Below are positions 27,743 to 40,495 of a stretch of 52,410 nt of DNA, one piece after another; position 1 is the first letter of the stretch, and every line of letters begins with the position of its first letter. The notes under the pieces were generated by a model. It searched no databases and had not been told where the DNA came from. It saw only the letters and a program-made list of their open reading frames with translations. A program made the position numbers and the translations under genes. Origin of the DNA: Welwitschia mirabilis (taxonomy: Eukaryota). The DNA is taken from contig JBOZIK010000001.1 in the NCBI GenBank assembly GCA_051453625.1, positions 15,635,557 to 15,687,966 of the forward strand. The letters are read 5' to 3'.

Positions 27743-28820
27743 TGTTGCAGTGCATATTTACGCAACATTTATGTCTTGAGCTGAATCCTGTTAATCACAA
27801 TTAATATGCACAAACACAACATACTAGTATAGACGGGAGTGATTTGAATGTTGTAATTCCATCAAAGGTCAAAGTATAGAAATAAAAGAACTGCATTTAA
27901 GATAGAAATATGTAACCCTAACATACTAAAATAAATTGTAATGTATGGAATTAAAATAAAACATTCTTATGTAAAACTAATCAAGGAAAAGGAATAATGG
28001 TGCATCTAAACTAATTAAGCTCAGCTTTGACAAAGGTTGCTCTCATAATCTATATCAGAAAAGAAGTTTGTCACCGAATCTCAAATAACATAAACTATAA
28101 GGGAGAAGATCCTACATACATTAAACACAAAAGAAGATAATTCATATTAAAATGCATGCAGCATTCGTATTACAAAGTAGCCACTCCTCAATAAAGGAAA
28201 TGCCACCTAACACCCAGGGAACTTCTCTTTGCAATCATATAATGGCTCTCCGGTCTCAAGATCTCCTATCATGAGTATGTCAGGTACTATCGAAGATGAT
28301 TAGGAACTGAGGAGAAGACCCTTATTTATAAATTAAAAAGAAAAGAAAACTGACAAAAAAGTATAAGAAAAATCCTAGCTAACATGCAAAGGAAAAGTTG
28401 TAATAAAGTGGTGACAACTCAGGTAAATATTCAGTGAAAGTATAAGAGAATAGTGTCATCCTTCTAGTTGTCTAGATGATATAGGAGACGATGTTATTTG
28501 ATAGATAGATCTTTGTTTTCTCTTAGTTAAAATGCCTATAAACTACATATAACATGTTGTCAACTAGTTGGAGATTTCATCCAGACAATGAGATGGATAA
28601 TGGTCTTTTATTAATCTCCAGTCAGTCCAATCTCTTTGTTATCTAAAATAACATTTATCCATATCTAAACAAAATGCTTGTAGTTTATTTGAAAATTGCA
28701 TATTTTCATTCTTTTCATCCCAGTTCTCTATTATTATGATAACTAAGCATTTATTTGCTAATTCATCTGTAAAACAACTCAGAATATCTTATCAAATACA
28801 TGTAAGTTGATGGTGTAACA
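27743..28820 (-). repeat. 3' LTR of the inner element
   Basis: TGTTGCAGTGCATATTTA...GGTGTAACA, colinear with 32659-33754. Confidence 0.92.
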
Positions 28821-30349
28821 TAGGCTTCCACTTAGCATTGTCAATCCCTAACAAAACTAGGTATAAGCCACATTTACAAGTTAACTTTTAAATAATAAAA
28901 ATAGCTAGGATATCTAAAGAAAGCATTTGAAAAAGATTTGCAACATATATCAGCAATAGATTAAATTTCTGAAAAATTCAAAAACTAATTAGACATACTT
29001 TCTAAGATTCAGAAGTTGGTCATCCAGTACTGTCATCTGGACAATAATTGGGCCGAAATACTTTTCAAAATATTTTTAAAACTAGAACCTATTAAGCATT
29101 AAAAGTTAATCATTCGGTACTGTCGTCCAGACGATAATTGGAATGATAGGCTCCTCAAAAGATTTTTAAAACTGGAACTTATGACAAAAATCAAATTTTT
29201 CATTAATTAAGTAATATTGATAAATAATCCTCCCACAATGATAAATAGTTAAATATAAAGATAATCATGTAAAATTGATGAATCCTGTTTTAGCAATTGG
29301 TTCTAAAGGAGGATCTACAATAATGATTCATAAATTTTCAAAATTACTAAAAATATGTATGTCTTGCCCCTCACTTAAAATATGCAATGCATCCCAAATT
29401 GCCAAAGAGAACAAAATGGGTAAAGTCCTAAGAAAAACTAAGAAAATTGGAAAATGACTTGGAAATAGTAAATTAAAAAATAGAAGAAAACTAAAGGATA
29501 AATAAACCCAAGGAACAAGGAAAATATTGTATACCTATCCTAAGTACTAACATAGCAAACTCCCAAGGAAAACATCATAACATCACCTGAGTAAAGGTGC
29601 ATGACAAGATCTATTAACTTCATAAATTTCATTCAAAAAGGCAATGGTTATGGCAAGATGCAAAGTTTTAATTGTGTAAAACAATGATGGTTAAAAAAAA
29701 AAGTTACTTAGAAATGGACTCATCTGTTTCTACCTATAAACTCACTGGAATCTCTAAAAGTGAACTGATCAAGTGGGAATACTAAAGGTTTTATTTCTTT
29801 TTGCCATGATGAGGGGATTGCAACCACTGTCAGAGGAGTAAAGACCCATAGAGCATGGCTAACTAACCCCCCACTAGATTTCCCACAGCTACCATATTAC
29901 ACTGCCAAAGGCTCCTCTCGAAAATATTTGCCTTGGTGTACTGATGGTAAGACATCATGTTTATCACTTTTTTTCTTTTTCTTTCTTTCTTTTTTTTCTT
30001 TCTTTCTTTTTTTACTTTTTCCACAAATAAAATTCCCACATGATCATACACTCAAGAAAGACGACGGTGAATAAGTGAGATAAAAGATAGAAAAAAGCCT
30101 TCCTAGATAACCTAATATTTAAATACCATTAAAAAACAACATAAGAAACTAAGGCATCTTTTTATAAATATAGTCCATAGACATGAGAATGTCTCAAGAT
30201 TGGGTGAATCCAATCTTACCATCTGTAAATGCCCAAGTATAAAACTAATCATGATACTTCACAAAGTACTACATAAGTCAAGTTGGAAAGAGGATCAGGT
30301 AAAGTTATAATATTTAATCAAAGAAGTAGGCTAAGAAAGAACTTAGACA

Positions 30350-32100
30350 AATGATAGGGAGGAATTCCTCTTCACTGAGGGAAACCTCTAAAACAAATGC
30401 TTATACCATATTCACAGTTGTATCTAAAGATCCTCATATAATTTCAATTATTATTTATCTACATACACCATTTTGCACTCTTTTTAGGTACTATCGTCGA
30501 GGGGCTAACCCACTTGCTATCTATAATGGAAGTGGGAATGGCTGATAGATCATCAAACAAGGTTAGCTCATGAGGCTTAAACCATTTCTCCTCAAGTGTA
30601 TGGTGCTGTAAAAATAGGGTTGGTTTTATTTCTTCCTCTAAACCTAAATTATTACCTAAATCTTTTTCAGCTACATTAAACACTCTTATTGAAAATCATT
30701 TATTTCTAAAATTGCATTTCATTAATCCAGTTCTTGTGTCTATGATGCAATGAGTTATTGCACAGAAAGCTCTACCTAGAAGTAGGATATATTCACCTTG
30801 ATGCTCAACTTATAAAATGACTACATTAATTGGGTAGAAAGCTTCCTCTAATTGAATAACCAAGTCCTTGATCACACCTAAAGATCTCTTCATGGATAAA
30901 TCAGCTAACTCTAAGATAATTTATGTAGGCTTTACTCTCTCTTCCAACCTAAAATATTGACAAATGTACAAGGGCATAATATTGACATTGGCTCCTATGT
31001 CTATCAAGGCTTTATTCTATTTGGATAGTTGGATTAAAATTTGGGATGTTTAAACCTATTTCAAAAAGACTAAAAGTTAGGATGATGTATTTGAAAATTG
31101 ATAGGATTTGATTACTCATTCATCCTATTTTGAAAATTATGATTTAGAACTTATCTTTGGTTATAGTTTTGAATGTAGTTGGAAGGCCTTTGTTTGAAGG
31201 TGCATACTTTCTCATCAATTCTCTCTTTATAAGTAGGAAGTAAAGGGTAATCTTTTATGATATGGTAGCTATCTTCACACAAATCACATGTTGGAGCAAC
31301 AACTTCACTCTTCTGAGTTCTCACTTTAGCATTAAGGATCATTTAGATATATTTCTCTAAGGTAGATATGAAATCCTTAATGACACTAGTTGGTTTATTT
31401 TTCTACTTTGGTTTCATTCTTCTCATGCTTGACTTCTTTTAGGTTCTTAATGATTTAGCCTACTATTTGGTTTTCTCTAAAGAAGGATTCATGCTAGGTT
31501 TGACTTACTTCCACTAAATCTTCCAACATCTTCCAAGCATCTCCTAAGGTTTGGTTTAAGAGGTTTCTTTCACATGATAAATCTACAAGTTGTTTAGCAT
31601 GATTGTTTAATCCACTATAGAAATAGTCAATTAATTCTACCTCTGAAAAGGCATCTATGATGTTTAAATGTAAAGTAATAAAGAATCGCTTATAAGTAGA
31701 GGTATAGTCTTTATTAGGTAATTGTTAAAAGTTTATAACTTCTTTCTTACATTTTTGGATGATGGTTTCATTCATGAATCTTTTTATAAAGGCTTCTTAA
31801 ATTTGACCCTAAGATTTTAGGCTCTTATAGGGAATCATTCTAAGCCAAAATTTTGCTTTATCTCTCAGGGTAATGGGAAAGACAACCATGTAGGTTCTAT
31901 CACTTATTCATTTTTTACCATTTTCAAAAGTAAGGATAAGTTGTTTGATTTTAGTGATATATTATAAGGAATCTTCATCAAGTTCTTCACTAAAAGTAGG
32001 ATAAGCATTCAAATTTCAAAGTTCTACATCATCACCAGAAGGTAAGTTGAAAGGATTTTAGATTTCATTTTTTTAATTGTAATAATATCTCTCACAGTAG
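30350..32100 (-). pseudogene. Degenerate gag, aspartic protease and RT N-terminus of the inner element
   Basis: FPITLRDKAKFWL (gag, ~31840-31880), PTCDLCEDSYH (ORF 31151-31342), KALIDIGANVNIMP (protease, ~30972-31013) and DSKWVSPSTIVPKK (RT start, ORF 30459-30683). Confidence 0.9.
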
Positions 32101-32637
32101 CATGAGTATTAGGACAAGAAAGATTAAAAGTGAGGATTCCAATGAAAGGGGATGGATTTAAAGAAATAAGTTAATTTTTGTTTTTGGTTTGAGATTGACA
32201 TGGTATTAGACTCTATAGAATTAAAATCAAAAATTGTAGGAAATTGTAAATCTTGCATACCTTCACTATTTTGATTTGTTTCAATTTCAAAATTTAGCAA
32301 ACCTTCTTTGATATTTTCAGTAACAAATATTTGCTCTCTCTAANNNNNNNNNNNNNNNNNNNNNNNNNNNNNNNNNNNNNNNNNNNNNNNNNNNNNNNNN
32401 NNNNNNNNNNNNNNNNNNNNNNNNNNNNNNNNNNNNNNNNNAGAAAACCACAAAAAAAAGGAAAGCAGAAAAGGGACAGTCATCTGACTTTGGCATATAA
32501 GTGATGAAGGGGACATTAAAGATTAGCAGAAAAAAATGAAATAAATAAATTTACAGCAATTATTCATATACCACTGCTACAGCAAACATCTACAATATTC
32601 ACCGAAGTAATGACAACTCTTGAATTCCAAGTAGCCT

Positions 32638-32655
32638 TCCCTGGTAACGGTGCCA
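32638..32655 (-). promoter_or_regulatory. Primer-binding site (tRNA-Asp type, as in Athila)
   Basis: Minus strand reads TGGCACCGTTACCAGGGA, versus consensus TGGCGCCGTTGCCGGGGA (three G>A changes), 3 nt from the LTR. Confidence 0.85.
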
Positions 32656-32658
32656 AGA

Positions 32659-33754
32659 TATTGTGATACATATTTATGCAATGTTTATGTCTTGAGTTAA
32701 ATCCTATTAATCATAATTAATATGCATAAATACAACACACTAGTATAGACAGAAGTGATTCGAATGTCATAATTCCATTGAAGGCCAAAGTATGAAAATA
32801 AAAGAGCTGCTTTTAAGATAGAAACATGTAACCCTAACCTACTAAAATAAATTGTAATGCATGAACTTGAAATAAAACATTTTTATGTAAAACTAATCTA
32901 GGAAAAGAAATAATGATGTATCTAAACTAACTAAGCTCAACCTCAATAAAGGTTGCCCTCATAATATATATTAGAAAAGAAGCTTGTCACTGAATCTCAA
33001 ATAACACAAACCATGAGGAAGAATATCCTGCATATATTGAACACAAAAGAAGATAATTCATATTAAAATGCATGCAACATTCATATTACAAAGTAGCCAC
33101 TCCTCAATGAAGGAAATACCACCCAACACCAAGGGAATGTCTCTCTGCAATTACATAATAACTCTTTGGTTCCAAGATCTTCTATCATGAGTATATCAAG
33201 TACTATCGAAGATTATTAGAAATTGAGGGGGAGACCCTTATTTATAGATAGAAAAGGAAAGGAAACTGATAGAAAAGTATAGAAAAAATCCTACTTAACA
33301 TGCAAAGAAAAAGTTGTAATAAAGTGGAGACAACTCAAGTAAACATTCAGAGAGAATAGTGTCATTTTTCTAGTTATCCAGACGATATAGGAGATGATGT
33401 TGACTGATAGATAGATCTTTGTTTTCTCTCAGTTAAAGTGCCTGTGAACTGCATGTAACATATTATCGACTAGTTGGAGATGTCGTTTGGACTGACATCT
33501 AGACAATGAGATGGATAATAGTCTTTTGTAAATCTTCAGTCAATCTAATCTCTTTGTTGTTTGTGAGCCTTATCATCCAAAATAACATTTATTCATATTT
33601 ACATAAAATGCTTGTAGTTTATCTAGAAATTGTATGTTTTCATTCTTTTCATCCTGGTTCTTCATTATCATGAGAACTAATCATTTATCTGCTAATTCAC
33701 CTACAAAACAACTTAGAATACACTATTAAATACACATAAGCTGGTGGCACAACA
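32659..33754 (-). repeat. 5' LTR of the inner element
   Basis: TATTGTGATACATATTTA...GGCACAACA, adjacent to the PBS. Confidence 0.92.
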
Positions 33755-34496
33755 CCCTTTTTTGTTCATTTCATTTGCCATTAAAATCATCTTGTAACAT
33801 CAAATCTTATTGTTGTAATTAATAAACCATGTTACAAAATTTTACTTTAGAATCCCAAAATAACTAGCACCAGTGCTAGTTCTAACTAGCATTGTTGTCC
33901 ATTTTACAATTTTCACTTTCAAACTTTTCTATAGCATTATTGATTTCATTTATAGTTTCTCTAAATTTTATATCCTTATTAAACATTTTTAGAAACTAAT
34001 TATAATCCATTTTGTACCATTACATTTTACTTTCATTTTTTATTTTCATCTTTAATTTCATTTTTTTAATCTTTAAAATAGTCCTATTTTTCAATATAAT
34101 GATTGGTTATTATTTCTAAGAGTATTTTTTCTTTAGTGTTTTCTTCCTATGCATTATAGCCTAGTTTGCATTGCTTTGAAATTTTGCTCTTTCTAGTTTC
34201 AATAAAATAACATTATTCTTTTAATGTGCTTCAACGTATTCTCAAATTTAGCATTGATTTTTTCTATCTTTAAACTTTGAGAACAAAGTTCAAATTTAAT
34301 TTGGGGATATGACATTTGGCATTTGCACTTTAAATTTTTAGTTTTAAATGCCTTAGGTTTTAAAAATTTGGCTAAAATTTTTAATGTTTTATCATTTTCA
34401 CATAATGCTTGAATATTTTTATCAGCAAATTTTTCATTTTAGTCATTCTTTATTAACTTTTTACTAAGATACTAATAAAATTCTAGTTAAAGGATG

Positions 34497-36290
34497 TGTT
34501 AACATATAAAAATTAACATTTTTCTTAAGTATATTAGGTTAACTTATCATAGTGAAGAAATTAATCTAACTAATTTAGTCATAAAAGTAGATCTTCAGCT
34601 ATTTCTATGCCATACTTAATCTTATGCATTTTTCCCATAACATATTTTGGAATTTAGCAATATTTTGGAGTGTTTGGTATCAAATAGAACTAAATAGGAA
34701 AAAAATGCCAGTGGAACTAGTTACTTATACAATAACACTAGTTCATTGATGAAACTAGCCTCTAAACTTATGTTCTAATATCATCATGAAGGAAAAGTGA
34801 TCAATTTTTGATTGTGTGCTTAGTTAGTAATTATAAGGGAAAAAAACTATTAACTTTAATGATATGTAGTGGCAGCACTAAAAGACATGCAATAGTAACA
34901 TGTGGTAGTAACATGTGGTGGTAACATCGAAGACACATGATCATAGCACTAGTTAATAGAGGCATCATGATCCAAAGGCTAAGTGTTAAACTCATAATAA
35001 TAACCTTTCAAAATATTACAAGATGTAAGATCCAACTATCTTACATAATGTTACATGATAAAGAATTATAACTACATGCCTAATACTAAAAGCCAAAGAT
35101 CTTAACCATCCCAATCTTATATTTTCTTATAATAATAGCTAAGAACCCCTTATTCTAATGGAACCTTGTGGTAAAATATTGGAAGTAGAGTACTCTTTAC
35201 AATGTCTTTCTAAGCTCCCTTTTTGGAAGATGGCTAGCTTTGAGGAGTTTGTACCAGTCTTATCTTATTTATTCAATGTAATGTAATTCCTATTTTTAAT
35301 GAAATGGTAGTTATTCATTCTTAATTTTGAGTTGTAATTAATCTTGTACTTTTACTACTTGAGTGATACTACATTGTAGAGTTCTTTCATTACCAAGTGA
35401 ATTCACTAAGTTTGCTTTTTGGCTATAGTTATTTTATTTGATGGATCTTAAGCACATTTGTTATTACTTTTCATGCTTAAAAAAGGCTAAGAAGGATCAA
35501 AGTAACTAAGTAATTTACCAATTCTTTTCTAGTAAATAAGATTATATCAACATGACTCAATCCATCACAACTTATATTTTAAAAAGTTATAAGATACTAT
35601 TTATAATGTTCTAAATTTAATATTTTGTATAGAAGTGTATTAAGGCACTAAATTAGTGTAATTAATAAGAGATATGAAGGTGTGACCTAAGTATGAAAAG
35701 ATGTGTCCCTTAGTTATGCTATTTAAGCCTATGACATCAGGTAGGGGTGGATAGACTATGGATGTAACCAATGACAACCTTGACTGATCCCCAAGAATCC
35801 TAGGAGAGGGATTGAGGTCATATTACACATATTTACCTTTAACCATTAGTCCATGGTTGTTGGCTAATGATGAGGAATGTAATCTGCTATTATCAATAAT
35901 AAAGTTCACCTGTTCTAAAATTATTCCTTGTTATTCTTATTGACTTTGGCATAATATTTATATGTTTCTTTTTATAATTAAATGACTTTAAAATGATAAA
36001 AAGAAACATTACACTATTGAAGTGAAGGTTTATTATTGGATGATGCAAGATATATTCTTAGAGTTATTTTATTTTTTTCTTTACTATTCAAGTTCAAATA
36101 ATAACAATCTCGATTGTTGGCTTTGTTTTGAACCATTACCAGTTAAGAAACTTTTGTGTTATCTTTGTTAATTCTTCTACCTTGATTTATTCCTGTGAAA
36201 AGATTGACATCATAACTCTACTATAACAAGGGACTTGATTTATAAATTATAAAAGTTAGATAATTATAACTCTCATAATCCTAACATTCT
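34497..36290 (+). repeat. 3' LTR of the outer gypsy element, carrying a 412 bp insertion
   Basis: Starts TGTTAACAT after the PPT. It aligns to 23031-24430 except across 35602-36018. Confidence 0.85.
35602..36013. mobile_element. Solo LTR (412 bp) with 5-bp TSD CTATT
   Basis: CTATT|TATAATGTT...AACATTACA|CTATT. The termini form an inverted repeat (TG mutated to TA), and the segment is absent from the partner LTR at ~24150. Confidence 0.85.
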
Positions 36291-37260
36291 AATTTAGAAA
36301 TTTTTTTATATGTAAATTAAAGACTCTTACCTTTACTTTTACCTTTTTCTTATGGGCCTAATAGTGTTGGTTGTTCATCTGTCCTCCTATTTCTTTTAGA
36401 TAGAAGATGCTTTACATGCTTGAGGATTATAATGAGTTCATTCTTATCATCATCCTCCTAAGAATTATCCTCTAAAAATGTGGTTGATATATCTTTACTA
36501 TGATTTCTTTGAATATCATTGATGCTAAGGGCTATGAACTTTTATTTATAATTCCATCTTCTATTAAGTTCATCTTATAGGCTATCAGGGCACTTTTTAG
36601 ATCCTTAAACTTAAGATGATAGATTTTATTAATTCCTTCATGGTAATGGTCTTTGGCATGTAGCTATTTATGAATGATCTCATAACATTTTAAATTAACT
36701 TTACTTCTAATAAATCTTTATTAATTCTATGTATACCATTATAATGTTGATCACCTTAGTCAAGTACTCATGTATTCTTTCTCCTTCATTCATCTTGATA
36801 TTTTTGAACTGATTCATTAATACTAGTACCTTAGATTACTTGACAGTGAAAGTACCTTTATATGTAGTTTTAAGAATTTCCCACACTTATTTTATGTTGT
36901 TTTATCTATCTACTTTATTACATTCCTTAGCTAAAAGGGCATAATATAAATCATGTTTTACCCTGCATGTAAGTACTATATTTTAGAGGTGTTTAGTTTT
37001 TTTCACCATTTAGTCTAGTGATACATACTCTAGTAACATTTTTTTATATTTCTAATGGGTATCGTGTATCATCTTTAATGTTTTGTTACATTTTAAACTT
37101 AATGGACTAAAAGTGAACCCACATCCTCATCTTCTAATAGACATAGTTTGTCTCACTGAATAAAGGGGGTATAGTGATTGAGAACCTTTTCATCATGATT
37201 AATATGAGGATTCATAAGCATTTTTGTGAGTACTAGTTCTAAAACCACATGTAGATCATC
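36291..37260 (-). mobile_element. Ty1/copia (SIRE-like) gag, UBN2 region; 5' part of the element at 21294-23030
   Basis: Minus strand reads WEILKTTYKGTFTVK*SKVLVLMNQFKNIKMNEGE (~36780-36885), typical of copia gag. Confidence 0.85.
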
Positions 37261-38460
37261 AAACTTAGAAGAAAGGGATGAATGAGTTCTAATAAAAATT
37301 TTAATTATAAAAGCTCACTATTAAGAAAATGAAAACCTATAATATCAAAGAAACTCTTAATAGGTTTATTTAGTTTCCCAGCCTAGGTACTCCACACTTA
37401 AAGGGTTAAAACTTATATATCTTTGGATCTTCTTACTTAATTTAAAAGCATGTATTATATTTCATAACCAATCATCCAAGTTTTAGTACAATAAGACACT
37501 TTCTACAAGGTAGCTAACTTAGTTCATCATAATTCAACTATGGGTTGAGACTTATCACTAACCTTTCAATGCTTAGGATAATAGAGTTTTCCCTCATAAG
37601 GTAGCTAACTCAACCCTTTAGGCTTACTTACTATGGATTCAGACTTATTACTAACCTTAAAAGAAAAGTGTCTCTCTTAAAAGAATACTTGAATTGCATA
37701 CTAGGTATAATACAACTTTGAAATATCAAACAATATCATACTAATACAAAGGCCTCCCATAGGCCAATAATAAGAATAATGAAATGTGAAATGATAGATA
37801 TTCTATAATAATTAGGTTTCCACCACTAAAGCATAATGAGCAACTAACTTAGAATGAAAATAAGAGTAATAATAAAAGGAGGAGATTAAAAATGGCTTTT
37901 GTACTAAAAGAAGATGAAGTAAAATGATGTTCTACTTTGACTTCTTTCTTTCTTCTTCTCTTTATAGTGTACCTTCTTTCAGAGAAATGACATTTTTATT
38001 TTTTTATTAAGTTTACATAATATTATAATCTAGCTATTAATATTTCTTTTGATAAGTTATATTTTCTTCCTTAAATATTTATGAGAGATCTAATCCTAAA
38101 ATAAAAAATAGTTTATAAAAGAATGTTCTTTTTCTTCATAAAAATTAGTTTTTAAAAGGATTTCAAAGTCTTTTTAGTTGATTAAAAAGTCAATAATGAG
38201 TTGTTGCTCTACTACTTAATAAAATGTGAAGTGATAAAAATTTTTAATTAGATTTTATTTCTATAGTAAATATGTTTAGATTATGTAATAAAATGAAAAA
38301 GCAATTTTTTAACTTTATAATTTTTATGCATCAAACAATTCAAAGTCTTAATATAAGGTTTAAAAATATCTTTTTTCTCTTCTAAAGGTTTCATGGATTA
38401 TTAGAGGCAATTTAAAAATTGTTAATGATCTTTTTGATAAATTTGCCAATCTTACTTCTA
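37261..38460 (-). repeat. Probable 5' LTR of the SIRE-like copia element
   Basis: Begins with AGAAGAAAGGGATGAATGAG, a decayed reverse complement of the ATTCACCCCCCTCT LTR-end motif. Has an internal duplication (AAGGTAGCTAACT...GACTTATxACTAACCTT twice, 37507-37660). PBS not visible. Confidence 0.5.
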
Positions 38461-39335
38461 TTATCTCTACTTCAGAAAATGAAGACTGATGTAATAGTAA
38501 AGAAAACTATTGTATCTCTCATGTTAGATCCCTGTTAGTCAATAATTTCTAAGAGAATCAATATACATAATGTAATTATCAACAAGGAAGAAAAATAATT
38601 TATTCTTGATTGAATAAATTCTATTTTTTCAATGTTTCACTTTGCATACAAAAAGTAAGAGTGGAATCATATAAAAATTTCACTCTCTTAGATAATTTCA
38701 CTATTAGTATTTTTCTTTCTAAGATGAATTCTTCTTTCTTTACTTTTTGGACATAGAGATTTTTCATCTAAATATGCATATGTTTATAGGTCTAAGTGAA
38801 TAGTTTAAAATCATTGTGGAATGTAAAGAAAAGACTCACTAATGGAATTTGTTAGGTTAATTAGTGTCATCATACTACAGATAAAAATTATGCATAGTGA
38901 TTTAGAAAGTAACTTACTAAGAAAAAGGCATCAAATTAAAGGGGAGATTATAGAGAATATTAAACAATATAGTTTCTTTTATAGTAGAATCCATTTAATA
39001 TTAAGACTTAAAAGTCTTTGAAAAAATCCCATAAAACTAAGTAATGTTGAAAAGTTTTTAAAGTAAAAAGTGTTCTAGCCATAATTCATTTATTCTAACT
39101 TCAAATTACAGATGAACTATACAAAGAATTTTTTAGATTTTTCAAAGGAATATGTTAGGTTCTTAAATTAAAATCACTATATGTAAATGGTTTTATCACT
39201 AATGATCTTAAAATTATAAATATTTTTTGGCAAATTATTTTTCTTAGTTGGTCTCCTCTAAGAGATATTTTAAAGAATCTATTGAGAATCTATTATCATT
39301 GATTAATTTAATAAGCTTTTGTAATTAATCAATTG
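38461..39335 (+). mobile_element. 3' end of another copia element: RNase H relic, PPT and start of 3' LTR
   Basis: LSTSENE-like sequence at ~38465. CATCAAATTAAAGGGGAGAT-TATAGAGA at ~38929-38956 matches the AAAGGGGGAGAT-TG PPT/LTR junction. Confidence 0.5.
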
Positions 39336-40495
39336 TGTAGAGATTTTCTAGCAGTGGGTAACCGATTCATATCTTTAGATGATCAACCTGTTAACAACTA
39401 TAAAAACTGCTTCAGTTTTAGGTGACTAATCCTATCCTACTAGGTGAGTGAATTGATACAACAGGAATAAGATCAGTTCCATAATGGACGACCATGCAAA
39501 TGTAATTGAGTGACCCAATCAAAACTTCTATGAAAGAATGAGATAAAGGTGGGTGACCACTCAAAAATGCAAGGGCAGCTACATGAAAATATACTAAGTT
39601 TAGTCTCATAATAGTTCAAGTGATCAAGTAGTATTACACGAGTGACTACATAACAATCAGTAAAAGTTTAGCCTATTGATAGTAAGGACAACCAAATAAC
39701 TTAGTTACGAACAACTGCATACTGCCTAAAATCTACCATCACAAGGTTGACTGATGCATTAAAGTAAGGGCAACTGAAATAAGGTCGAAAGTACATTCAC
39801 ATAAGAACAATCGAATGTTCATCTATTTGCATACTGAGAAATCCATAGCAAACAAGGGCACCTGAAGCAAAGAAAGAAGGGCGATCAGATATGAAGGAAA
39901 CTGAGCTAGTTTCCAGGTCGACTACATGTATTAAAAATGTAATTATTACATTTCTAATAGTTCATCAAAAAGTGTGAAATCTTACAATGGTTCACTTCCC
40001 TTCTTTCAAATGGTTACCTTGTATACTTTCACTATTTAAGATTCCTTCAAATCAAAAGGAAGGCATCTTTTTATAATATCAATAAGCATGAGAAGAAACT
40101 TGTTACACCATTCTTTCATTATATCTGAATGAGCTGTAAGTTCAGATTTCTATTTGAGGCTCATGTTACATCGTCTATTGTGAAAATATTTTTGTACCAT
40201 TAAAAGCATATCTATGCATCAGTGCATTCATCCTACTTTTCTTCTTCTATGATCGAGGATCATCCTTAAAATCCTCTGATGTTGGAATAGGTTTTTGATG
40301 AGCCTAAAAACCAATCTTGGAAGTTAATATATGCTAGCCAGGGACAGGAGGTCTAAGGGACTGAAGGGTGGTGTCTATTCATCACTGAAATATCTTGCAC
40401 TTGTGTTTTGTACATTTGTTATTTTATTTACAGTTTTTGAAGAGGATGAAGATCAACTTTAATACCTATTCACCCCCCTCTAGGATCTATCTATA
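39336..40495 (+). repeat. Younger SIRE-like LTR (~1.16 kb)
   Basis: TGTAGAGA start and intact CCTATTCACCCCCCTCTAGG near the end (40465-40484). Retains more CpG than its neighbours; possibly followed by a decayed PBS. Confidence 0.7.

Larger units (their letters stand above)
27743..33754 (-). mobile_element. Inner Athila-like gypsy element with deleted pol
   Basis: LTR pair, PBS, PPT relic (~28821-28850), gag and protease relics, and only the start of RT. Flanks CCATG and CCCTT match at only 3 of 5 positions. Confidence 0.9.
23031..36290 (+). mobile_element. Old Athila-like gypsy element (outer), no recognisable pol, interrupted by younger insertions
   Basis: Diverged LTR pair 23031-~24430 and 34497-~36290, with PPT relic TTCTAGTTAAAGGATG before 34497. 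Flanked on both sides by the same minus-strand copia gag-pol. Confidence 0.8.

Noticed and set aside
23026-36297. TSDs for the outer gypsy element and for the 39336-40495 LTR
   Set aside because: The flanking 5-mers do not match; the ends are eroded, so no TSD is claimed.
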